Below are positions 37,167-45,065 of a stretch of 64,000 nt of DNA, piece after piece. The translations under genes and the position numbers were made by a program. Within the stretch, counting starts at the first letter, position 1. The number at the start of each line of letters is the position of its first letter. The stretch is taken from NCBI GenBank assembly GCA_028699255.1, contig JAQVUX010000008.1, positions 3,715 to 67,714 of the forward strand. The letters are read 5' to 3'. Below the pieces are notes generated by a model. That model made no database searches. It worked only from the letters and a program-made list of their open reading frames with translations, and was not told the DNA's origin. Source of the stretch: Candidatus Omnitrophota bacterium (GTDB lineage Bacteria; Omnitrophota; Gorgyraeia; 2-01-FULL-45-10).

Positions 37167-37661
37167 TTACAGCTCTATATCGTTATCTTCCTCGACCCCG
37201 CGGCGGGACATAACGCCTGCCGAAGCGCTGTGAGAGATGCCGGCTGAAGCGCTACTGGAAACACCGGCATGGGGCGATAAAGCGTTCTTTTCGTTTTCGT
37301 AAGCATCCAGCACCTTCTTCTGGATGTAGTCTCTGCATTCGGCCGTGATCGGATGAGCAATGTCTTTGTGTTCGGACTGTTTGCCCGCGTCATCTCCGGG
37401 CTGAAATGTCCTGGGTTCTGTCATTGGCAGTGATGCGCCGCACTGATTGCAGAATTTCGAACGGATGGCATTCCTGAAATTGCATTTGGGGCACGGGTCC
37501 TTCATCTTTCTCGAAGGCATGGCAACAAACATCCCCTTATTACCTTCTATCACTTTAACGTTCCTGACAACAAAACAGTTGTCGAAAGTCAACGTCGCGT
37601 ACGCCTTAAGCTTCTTATCCTGCCCCTCTTTCAAAAATATCTTTACTTCCGTAATGTCCAT
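37167..37661 (-). CDS. spoVG: SpoVG-family protein with an inserted zinc ribbon (CPKC...CNQC), 164 aa; start moved to internal Met
   Basis: MDITEVKIFL...KAYATLTFDNCFVVRNVKVIEGNKGMFVAMPSRK matches SpoVG; GAGGAG RBS 10 nt upstream. The track's N-terminal extension overlaps ispE. Confidence 0.75.
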   Translation of the reverse strand: MDITEVKIFLKEGQDKKLKAYATLTFDNCFVVRNVKVIEGNKGMFVAMPSRKMKDPCPKCNFRNAIRSKFCNQCGASLPMTEPRTFQPGDDAGKQSEHKDIAHPITAECRDYIQKKVLDAYENEKNALSPHAGVSSSASAGISHSASAGVMSRRGVEEDNDIEL

Positions 37662-37695
37662 GGTGTAAATACTCCTCAAATTTTCACGCAAATTT

Positions 37696-38562
37696 TTAAT
37701 TATCTGTCCCTGCGATAAATACCTGCCAGGCTCTCCTTTGAACCGCCGGTATTTTACGGAATAACCGTTTCTTGGCCGATAGCGCCTCCTTTCTATTCCT
37801 GCATAGACAAAATACGCTCGGCCCACTTCCCGATACAATAGGTCTCACGTCAAGTTCATAGGCCAAGCGTTCTATAATACGCCCTAAAACCTTCTTTTTA
37901 GCTATCGCGATATGTTGTAAATCGTTGTAAAGCATGCGTTCCAATGTTGCGGAACCGGTAAAACAGGGATTTATTTTAACATTCCTGCTTTTACTTGTCA
38001 ATAGGTCAAACGCTTCATAAATATCTTTGGTCGCAAGCTTAAATCCGGGATATATAACAAGGTGCCATAGCCGCCTGCCGGATTTAACGACCTTAAGTTT
38101 ATCTCCTTTACCGGTGCCTATGGCAAAAGGCGCTCCCAGTATGAAAAATGGCACGTCCGCCCCCAGGCGAGCGCCCAACTCCATCAATTTGGCGCGTTTC
38201 AGTTTTAACCCGAATAATTCGTTTATACCCATAAGCACGGAGGCGGCATCGGAGCTACCCCCGCCCAGACCGGCGGCTATGGGTATGCGCTTCTTTATGC
38301 TTATTTTAACGCCTTCGGCAATACCCCTATGCCTCAGTATCGACTCCGCCGCTTTATACATAAGGTTGTCTTTGGCTTTGGCGGTAATAAATTTATCGGA
38401 TTCGATAACTATACCGCACGGAATCCTGGAAATAGTGATTTCGTCGGCTAAGGATATTCTTTCGAAAAGCGTCTCGATATTATGGTATCCGTCGGGACGC
38501 CTGGATTGGATTTTCAGGAAGAGATTAACTTTCGCGGGTGCAGTGAGTGTGATCGAGCGCAT
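37696..38562 (-). CDS. ispE: 4-diphosphocytidyl-2-C-methyl-D-erythritol kinase
   Basis: GHMP kinase motif PIAAGLGGGSSDAAS. Confidence 0.85.
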   Translation of the reverse strand: MRSITLTAPAKVNLFLKIQSRRPDGYHNIETLFERISLADEITISRIPCGIVIESDKFITAKAKDNLMYKAAESILRHRGIAEGVKISIKKRIPIAAGLGGGSSDAASVLMGINELFGLKLKRAKLMELGARLGADVPFFILGAPFAIGTGKGDKLKVVKSGRRLWHLVIYPGFKLATKDIYEAFDLLTSKSRNVKINPCFTGSATLERMLYNDLQHIAIAKKKVLGRIIERLAYELDVRPIVSGSGPSVFCLCRNRKEALSAKKRLFRKIPAVQRRAWQVFIAGTDN

Positions 38563-38571
38563 CGATATCTT

Positions 38572-39531
38572 CTATGATTTCCTGCTCTTCATTAACAATA
38601 CTTCTTTTGCGGATTTTACTATATCGGCGGCGGTAAGCCCGAAATATTTGAACAGCTCTTCCGGATCGCCGGAGACACCGAAACGGTCGCGCACGCCTAC
38701 CATCTTTATCGGAACCGGGCAATCCTGGCTCGTCACTTCCGCGACAGCGCTACCCATCCCGCCCATGATCGTATGCTCTTCGGCGGTAACGATGGCTCCG
38801 GTCTCGAGCGCGGCCTTGATGATAGCGTCTTTATCGATCGGCTTAGGTGTATGCAGATTTATGACGCGCGCGCGGATGCCTTCTTTGGAAAGCGCATCGC
38901 ACGCTACCAGCGCCTCGGAAACCATCTGCCCGCAGGCAATTATCGTCAGATCGTTTCCTTCCCGTAGCGTGTTGGCTTTGCCTATTTTAAAAAAATCGCT
39001 TTCTTTTGTAACTACCGGGACAGCGGAACGACCGAGCCGTAAATAAACTGGCCCCTTTATCTTCGCCGCTTCTATGGTTGCGCGTTTTGCCTCAATCGCG
39101 TCCGAGGGCACAACTACGGTCATATTCGGTATTATCCTCATGAGCGCTATCTCTTCTATCGCCTGGTGCGTAGCGCCATCCGGGCCGACGGATATGCCGC
39201 CGTGAGTCCCGGCTATCTTTACACCGAGGTTCATATAAGCTACCGAGACCCTTATCTGATCCCACGCTCTTCCCGAGGCAAACACACCGAAGGTGCACGC
39301 AAACGGTATCTTGCCCATAAGCGCAAATCCTGCCGCGACGCCAAACATATCCTGTTCGGCCACACCGAGGCCGAAGAAGCGTTCGGGAAACTCTTTCTTA
39401 AACCATGCCGCGCGCGTCGAATCGGTCAGATCCGCCGAGAGAACGACTATATCCTTATTCTGAGCGCCCAATTCGACCAGGCCATCCCCGAAACCGTCTC
39501 TAGTAGATGTTATCTTTCTTTTTTCCGCCAT
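38572..39531 (-). CDS. Transketolase, C-terminal (pyrimidine-binding/C-domain) subunit
   Basis: 319 aa; GPDGATHQAIEEIALMR... typical of split-transketolase subunit B. Confidence 0.85.
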   Translation of the reverse strand: MAEKRKITSTRDGFGDGLVELGAQNKDIVVLSADLTDSTRAAWFKKEFPERFFGLGVAEQDMFGVAAGFALMGKIPFACTFGVFASGRAWDQIRVSVAYMNLGVKIAGTHGGISVGPDGATHQAIEEIALMRIIPNMTVVVPSDAIEAKRATIEAAKIKGPVYLRLGRSAVPVVTKESDFFKIGKANTLREGNDLTIIACGQMVSEALVACDALSKEGIRARVINLHTPKPIDKDAIIKAALETGAIVTAEEHTIMGGMGSAVAEVTSQDCPVPIKMVGVRDRFGVSGDPEELFKYFGLTAADIVKSAKEVLLMKSRKS

Positions 39532-39543
39532 TATACCCTCGCC

Positions 39544-40539
39544 TTAGTTTTCCGATCGACTCAATATATTATCGAATGTAAGCTTCTTTTTTCTGAAATC
39601 TTCGAGCTCCTGGCGCGTAGCTTTCAGCGTCCTGCCGGAGGTCTCATCTACCAGCACTATGTATTCATAAGTATCGTAAGAATAGCCATGCAGAACATCG
39701 GCGGCAACCTCGAGCGATTTTTTAAATACCGTATTTACGACATCGCCACTACCCATCTGTGAAAATGCTTTGGATTCAAAGAGAAGCTCTATTTGAAAAT
39801 AATGATTTCCGTTGCCGGAAGCATACGTCCCTTTGGATGCCTTGACCACGATCGTATCCGCAAGCGCCTTATCTTCGTAAAAGTCCATCCTTATGCGGCT
39901 GGCGACCTGCTCCGCCAGAAACTCCGGCATGGCTATGTCTTTTACGTAGAACTTGTCGTTCCAGTACCCGATATCGCCGAGAGCCGCCGGCTGGGCGCGA
40001 AAGAAGTCGTTCATGACCGCGTCCTGCCACTTATTGTCGAGGCCCATCTTCTCAAAGACCTCTTTTATCGCGTGCTCTTTCTTAGCCTGCGGATTTATCC
40101 GCTTATCGACGAGCATCCTCTTCGCGAATTCGCCGCGGGAGATGTCATTTAACATGAACCGTTTCACATCCTCCACGGATTTTATTATGATTATCTGTAT
40201 TTCCGGTATGCGCATATCATGAGCGATAACGACGTAAAAATCGTACTGCGCGTCGGTCGATAGCGCCACCCTTGAGACACTCAAGATAACATCATTTATC
40301 TCTTCCCCCGCCTTTTGGGTAAGGGAGAATGTCATGTCCCATAGCTCCGGAAGCGGCACGTATATGGTTACCGTCTTACCGATAGTCGCAACCTTAACGT
40401 CGAGCTTATACTCGTCTTTACATAACCGGACGATCGAGTCTGCGAATTTTTCTTTCGGATAGGTTGGAGCACAACCGAATAAAGCGGTTACCAACAAACA
40501 ATAGCCGGTAATAATTAAAAAAACAGCTCTGTTCTTCAT
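39544..40539 (-). CDS. Lipoprotein of unknown function (lipobox LFGC), translationally coupled to ftsH
   Basis: MKNRAVFLIITGYCLLVTALFGC; 4-nt overlap with the ftsH stop. Confidence 0.6.
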   Translation of the reverse strand: MKNRAVFLIITGYCLLVTALFGCAPTYPKEKFADSIVRLCKDEYKLDVKVATIGKTVTIYVPLPELWDMTFSLTQKAGEEINDVILSVSRVALSTDAQYDFYVVIAHDMRIPEIQIIIIKSVEDVKRFMLNDISRGEFAKRMLVDKRINPQAKKEHAIKEVFEKMGLDNKWQDAVMNDFFRAQPAALGDIGYWNDKFYVKDIAMPEFLAEQVASRIRMDFYEDKALADTIVVKASKGTYASGNGNHYFQIELLFESKAFSQMGSGDVVNTVFKKSLEVAADVLHGYSYDTYEYIVLVDETSGRTLKATRQELEDFRKKKLTFDNILSRSEN

Positions 40540-42245
40540 GCCAGCTTTACGTGCGACTTGCCGTATTCATTGAATATGTTTTCTATCTCGTCGTATTCGA
40601 GCTCTTCTTTTTCGAGAAGTTCTTTTACGAACCGCTCCAGAAGCGGCTTCTCTTTAATTAAAAGCGCCTCGACGTCTTTAAGACATGCGCGGAATATTTT
40701 ATTAACCTCTTCGTTCAACAGCTCTTTAGTCTTGTCCGACAATTGCGCTTCAGGAATAGCGGTATAATCGCCCAGATACTGGGCGTCGCTCATGCCGAAC
40801 TTCCATACCATGTTATGAGCGACTATCATCGCCTGTGTGAAATCCATGGCGACACCGTCCGACGTCGTTCCGAAACGCATCTTTTCCGCTACGTATCCGC
40901 CGAGCGCCACTTTTATATCGGCCAAAAGGCGGTCTTTGTTATGCGTAAAGACCTCCTCGCGCGGCTGGTGATAAACAACCCCGAGTGTATCCCGCCTCGA
41001 CGCTATGGACGCTTTAAATACGTCATCGATAGGATGGAGTATGTACAGCACTATAAGGTGGCCGGATTCATGATACGCGACCATCTCGCGCTCAAGCGGC
41101 TGCATCGTCCGCTTGTGTTTCATACCCATATCAACCCTTTCCATGGCTTCCGAAATATCGTCAAGCCGTATCACGTCGCGGCCGGATCTCGTAGCTACAA
41201 GAGCCGATTCTTTGATTATATTTTCTATGTCGGCCGGAGATTTATAAACGGCTTTCCGGGCGAGACGGCCTACATCTATGGAAGAATCATGCTGAACCTT
41301 GCCGAGATAATAAGCGAATAGCTTCTCCCTGTCTTCCAGTCCCGGCTTGTCGATATAGAGCTTTCTGTCAAACCTTCCGGGCCTAAGCAGGGCTCTGTCG
41401 AGATTATCTTCCGGCGCGTTGGTCGCGCCTATAACTATAACGTTCTGCGCGGTGCTGGGCTCTCCTTTTTTATCTTTTATCTCGGAAAGTCCGTCCATCT
41501 CCGCCAAAAGCTGGTTCTGGGTAGAGTTAGTCTCTTCCGTACCGCCGAACGCCGAGAATACCCGCTTCCTGGCTATGGCGTCCAGCTCATCTATGAATAT
41601 GATACAACCGCCGTGCGCATACGCGAGTTCGCGCGCCTGTTTGAAAAGCTTTCTCACTCTCGAAGCGCCGACACCGACGAATATTTCTACAAATTCGCTT
41701 CCGGACATCGACAAAAACGGTAATCCGGTCTCGGTCGCGATCGCTTTGGCCAGGTATGTCTTGCCGCATCCCGGGGGACCGAACATCATGATCCCGCGCA
41801 ATATCTTGCCGCCTATCTTCTTCACGCGGGCCCTGTCCCTGACAAGCTCAACGACTTCTTTCGCTTCTTCCTTCACGTTCTCCATGCCAATAACATCGGC
41901 CCACTTGACGTTGACAAGTTCACCCTGAACCTTAGATTTTGAAATCTTAGCCATGCCGCCCTGCAAAAATACCGTGTACATAAGTACAAATATGGTGGCA
42001 TTGAGCGCTACCATTATCAGCTGAATCGGCATCGTAGCGAGAGTTATCTTCTGGTAGAACGATTCAAGCGACATCAACCCAAGGATCGATAACCGCACGA
42101 GAACATAACCACCGACTATGATCGACAACATTACCCAGCGGGATCTCATCCACATCTTCGCCGGCCGGTTTAGAAGGTATACTGCCGTCCCGGCCAGACC
42201 GATGACAAGATACACTAAAAGTTCGAATATAAGCCACGGTGTCAT
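40536..42245 (-). CDS. ftsH: FtsH-family AAA+ zinc metalloprotease with atypical N-terminal membrane region
   Basis: GPPGCGKT Walker A, SRH, HESGH zinc site. The N-terminal ~100 aa carry 3 closely spaced hydrophobic helices without the usual ~70-aa periplasmic loop. Confidence 0.8.
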   Translation of the reverse strand: MTPWLIFELLVYLVIGLAGTAVYLLNRPAKMWMRSRWVMLSIIVGGYVLVRLSILGLMSLESFYQKITLATMPIQLIMVALNATIFVLMYTVFLQGGMAKISKSKVQGELVNVKWADVIGMENVKEEAKEVVELVRDRARVKKIGGKILRGIMMFGPPGCGKTYLAKAIATETGLPFLSMSGSEFVEIFVGVGASRVRKLFKQARELAYAHGGCIIFIDELDAIARKRVFSAFGGTEETNSTQNQLLAEMDGLSEIKDKKGEPSTAQNVIVIGATNAPEDNLDRALLRPGRFDRKLYIDKPGLEDREKLFAYYLGKVQHDSSIDVGRLARKAVYKSPADIENIIKESALVATRSGRDVIRLDDISEAMERVDMGMKHKRTMQPLEREMVAYHESGHLIVLYILHPIDDVFKASIASRRDTLGVVYHQPREEVFTHNKDRLLADIKVALGGYVAEKMRFGTTSDGVAMDFTQAMIVAHNMVWKFGMSDAQYLGDYTAIPEAQLSDKTKELLNEEVNKIFRACLKDVEALLIKEKPLLERFVKELLEKEELEYDEIENIFNEYGKSHVKLA

Positions 42246-42275
42246 ATTACCTCCGATTTACTATTGTTTGAGTCA

Positions 42276-42432
42276 GGTAAATCGTCCCGCCCCCGGTTTT
42301 CACTCCCGGCGGGACTATCATAATATTAACTCGGTAAATTTTCCCGCCCCCGGTTTTCACTCCCGGCGGGACTATCATAATATTAACTCGGTAAATTTTC
42401 CCGCCCCCGGTTTTCACTCCCGGACGGAACCT
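42276..42432. repeat. 2.7 tandem copies of a 57-bp unit, each with a GC-rich hairpin (GTCCCGCC-N16-GGCGGGAC)
   Basis: ggtaaatNNtcccgcccccggttttcactcccggcgggactatcataatattaactc at 42276, 42333 and 42390 (third copy partial). Fills the gap between the ftsH start and the tktN stop. Confidence 0.85.
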
Positions 42433-42434
42433 TT

Positions 42435-43307
42435 TTATCCTATTTTTGCCAGTTCAGCATCGAGCTCGACGCATGCGCGCTCGTATTCTTCTTTCTTTGG
42501 AGCGATGCCATGCCATTCCGCTTTATTTTCAACGAATGAAACACCCTTGCCTTTTATTGTATGCGCTATTATAACAGTGGGTTTTCCTTTTAACTTCCTG
42601 GCTTTATCGAATGCCTCTATCAATTTCGCGATATCATGGCCGTCGGTCTCGATAACGTGCCACCCAAAATCATTCCATTTGTTTACGTATGAGCCCATAT
42701 CTTTTATCTCACAGCAAAAACCGTCGATCTGCAGGCCGTTAAGATCTATGACGGCACAAACGTTGTCCAATTTATAATGCGCGGCTGTCATCGCCGCTTC
42801 CCAAACCTGGCCTTCGTTGGTCTCGCCGTCGCCCATCAGGCAGTATATTCTTATATCCGAGTGGTCGAGCCTGGCGGCGAGCGCTATGCCGTTGGCTATG
42901 GATAGCCCCTGACCCAGGGAACCGCTCGACGCCTCTACGCCGGGGATACCTTTCTGCGCGTGCCCCTGAAGAGGGCTTCCGAGTTTACGCAGGCGCCAGA
43001 GCTCCTCCCTCGGGAAATATCCTCTGTCCGCCAGTACGGCATAAAGCGCCGGGCACGCATGCCCTTTGGAAAGTAAAAATCTATCACGATCTTTCATGCC
43101 GGGATTTTTAGGATCGTGTTTGAGTTCGTTATAATATAATGCTATTAAAATATCGACGATCGATAGTGAGCCGCCGGTATGCCCGGATCCCGCTATCATC
43201 AGCATCTTTAAAATGTCTTTGCGTATCTCTACCGCTTTTTTCTTTAATGTTTTGATGTCGGACTGCATCTCTTCAACTTTCTTTAATTTGTAATAAATAA
43301 TGCCCAT
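42435..43307 (-). CDS. Transketolase, N-terminal (TPP-binding) subunit
   Basis: GSGHTGGSLS...CLMGDGETNEG TPP motif, 290 aa. Confidence 0.85.
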   Translation of the reverse strand: MGIIYYKLKKVEEMQSDIKTLKKKAVEIRKDILKMLMIAGSGHTGGSLSIVDILIALYYNELKHDPKNPGMKDRDRFLLSKGHACPALYAVLADRGYFPREELWRLRKLGSPLQGHAQKGIPGVEASSGSLGQGLSIANGIALAARLDHSDIRIYCLMGDGETNEGQVWEAAMTAAHYKLDNVCAVIDLNGLQIDGFCCEIKDMGSYVNKWNDFGWHVIETDGHDIAKLIEAFDKARKLKGKPTVIIAHTIKGKGVSFVENKAEWHGIAPKKEEYERACVELDAELAKIG

Positions 43308-43421
43308 GGTGTAATGGGCCTGATGATTTTGAAAGCGTTTGGTAACGGCGGGGCAAAAACCTTAATCAATCCAGATTCGGAAGCTTGGTATTTATGCCTC
43401 CGAACCCGGATTGGAAGGTGG

Positions 43422-43511
43422 TTATTTCTTCTTGTGGCGGTCTCTTCTCATCCTTTTCTTTCTTTTATGCTTCGCCATTTTGGCGCGTTTTCGTTTCCTT
43501 CCGCAGGGCAT
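43422..43511 (-). CDS. Unannotated 29-aa hyper-basic mini-protein (MPCGRKRKRAKMAKHKRKKRMRRDRHKKK), candidate bS22-like ribosomal protein
   Basis: Hand translation of the minus strand. GGAGGAGGTG RBS 8 nt upstream of the ATG. Sits between hisG and tktN. Plus-strand track ORFs here are likely shadows. Confidence 0.45.
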   Translation of the reverse strand: MPCGRKRKRAKMAKHKRKKRMRRDRHKKK

Positions 43512-43536
43512 GAGTCGATCACCTCCTCCTGATAAA

Positions 43537-44421
43537 TTAGTAGATAACTTTATTCAAAGGGTACTCGATTATTCCCTGAGCGCCGGCTCTTTTTAATTTT
43601 GGTATCAGATATTTTACCGTCTTCTCGTCTATTATCGTATCTACATCCACCCAATCCGGATCGGAGAGCGCGGAAATCGTAGGTTTTTTCATCGCCGGTA
43701 GCAACGCCAGGATGGCTTTGAGGTCTTCCTTCTTTAAATTCATTTTGAGCCCGACTTTGTCTTCCGCAAGTATCGCGCCCTTTAAAAGCATTGCCAGGTT
43801 CTCGATCTTGCCGCGTTTCCACGGGATCATCCAGCTTTTTCTATTGGCAATAAGCTGTGTCGTAGACTGGCATACCGTTATCACTTCGCGCAGTTTGTTC
43901 GCCCGAAGCGATGAGCCTGTCTCGGTCACTTCCACTATAGCGTCGACGCCCACGGCCGCTTTAACCTCGGTCGCGCCCCAGCTGAACTCCACTTCGGCCT
44001 TAACGCCGTTTTTCTTCAAGAATGACTTCGTTACACTCACAAGCTCGGTAGCTATTCTTTTCCCCTTCAGATCCTTAACGCTTTTTATTTTGGATGCCTC
44101 CGGCACGGCCAGAACCCATCGGACGGGCCGCATGCTTTGCTTCGCATATATAAGTTCGGCGACTCTTATGACATTCGATGAATTTTCCAGTATCCAGTCA
44201 TTCCCGGTAAGTCCTACGTCGAGAATACCGTCTTCCACGTAGCGCGACATCTCCTGCGCCCTGAAAAGTATCACTTCTATCTCTTCATCGTCTATCGACG
44301 GAAAATATGAGCGCTCGCTTATGCCCAGCGAAAAGCCCGCTTTCTTGAACATACGAACAGTGGCTTCCTGTAGACTGCCCTTAGGTATTCCGAGTTTTAA
44401 TTTCGAATTTTTATCTTTCAC
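43537..44421 (-). CDS. hisG: ATP phosphoribosyltransferase, long form
   Basis: 294 aa with C-terminal regulatory domain; GTG start with AGGAAGG RBS. Confidence 0.85.
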   Translation of the reverse strand: MKDKNSKLKLGIPKGSLQEATVRMFKKAGFSLGISERSYFPSIDDEEIEVILFRAQEMSRYVEDGILDVGLTGNDWILENSSNVIRVAELIYAKQSMRPVRWVLAVPEASKIKSVKDLKGKRIATELVSVTKSFLKKNGVKAEVEFSWGATEVKAAVGVDAIVEVTETGSSLRANKLREVITVCQSTTQLIANRKSWMIPWKRGKIENLAMLLKGAILAEDKVGLKMNLKKEDLKAILALLPAMKKPTISALSDPDWVDVDTIIDEKTVKYLIPKLKRAGAQGIIEYPLNKVIY

Positions 44422-44446
44422 CTTAATATTCCTTCCTAATCATACA

Positions 44447-44475
44447 ATTCTACATAATATAGTTACAAATGTCAA
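44447..44475 (-). promoter_or_regulatory. Promoter TTGACA-17-TAGAAT for hisG
   Basis: rc of 44470-44475 = TTGACA; rc of 44447-44452 = TAGAAT. Confidence 0.4.
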
Positions 44476-44492
44476 ATATTACCGGGCTTGCC

Positions 44493-45020
44493 TTAAGACC
44501 CCATCTTTATCGTTCCCAGCGAAACGCCTTCCCTTTCGGTCTGCTCCTTCACTTTGGTATCCATGTTTTCCTTCGCCTTAAGGGAGTCTTCGACCCGGGC
44601 TTTTAGATTGAGGTACTCGGCGTTGGCCTGGTCGCACTTTTTCTGCAGATCCGCCTTCGCGGCCTTTTCCGTCTCAAGTTGTGTTTTTAACGAACGCAGT
44701 TCATCCTCGCGCACCCGGAGGCTGGCAACATTGTCATTATTCGATTTTTGTTCTTCTTCGAGTTGCCCCGTTATTTTAGCTATCGTCTCTTCCTGGGTAG
44801 TAAGACGGGTCTTGAGTTCAATATTAAGTGTATCCGCGTCCTTTAATTTCGTCTCTAAGTCCTGTTTCACCGTTATAACCTCGTCGAACCGTTTCTGTAA
44901 AGCCTTCTTCTTCCCCTTTTCGGACTCCTCCATCGTGTAAAACGCTACGGTGGCATATAAAAGGATAAAACACGCTAAAATCAGGGAGATAACAACTGCT
45001 TTATTTCCGTCTTTTATCAT
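44493..45020 (-). CDS. Membrane-anchored coiled-coil protein (175 aa) at distal end of T2SS operon
   Basis: N-terminal TM VVISLILACFILLYATVAF, then heptad-rich K/E/L sequence. Confidence 0.5.
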   Translation of the reverse strand: MIKDGNKAVVISLILACFILLYATVAFYTMEESEKGKKKALQKRFDEVITVKQDLETKLKDADTLNIELKTRLTTQEETIAKITGQLEEEQKSNNDNVASLRVREDELRSLKTQLETEKAAKADLQKKCDQANAEYLNLKARVEDSLKAKENMDTKVKEQTEREGVSLGTIKMGS

Positions 45021-45065
45021 AAAACCAACTCCTTTTTCTTTTAAATCTTCTCCGGCATAATATCA

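Noticed and set aside
37662-37838. N-terminal 59-aa extension of the SpoVG track ORF (and similar extensions of GspK, the hydrolase and the ROK gene)
   Set aside because: The extensions overlap upstream genes, lack an RBS, and are Arg-rich or nonsense-like. Internal Mets have good RBSs and give canonical family N-termini.
42246-42432. Tandem direct repeats considered as a CRISPR array
   Set aside because: Units are contiguous with no spacers, only 2.7 copies, and no cas genes. It is better described as a tandem hairpin repeat.
38572-43307. Split transketolase considered a pseudogene or frameshift
   Set aside because: Two-subunit transketolases (N-terminal TPP and C-terminal subunits as separate genes) are a normal arrangement, and both halves are intact.
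43314-43596. Plus-strand track ORFs 43314..43532 and 43411..43596
   Set aside because: No RBS and low-complexity translation. The minus strand has a strong SD plus ATG for the hyper-basic mini-ORF and promoter-like context for tktN.
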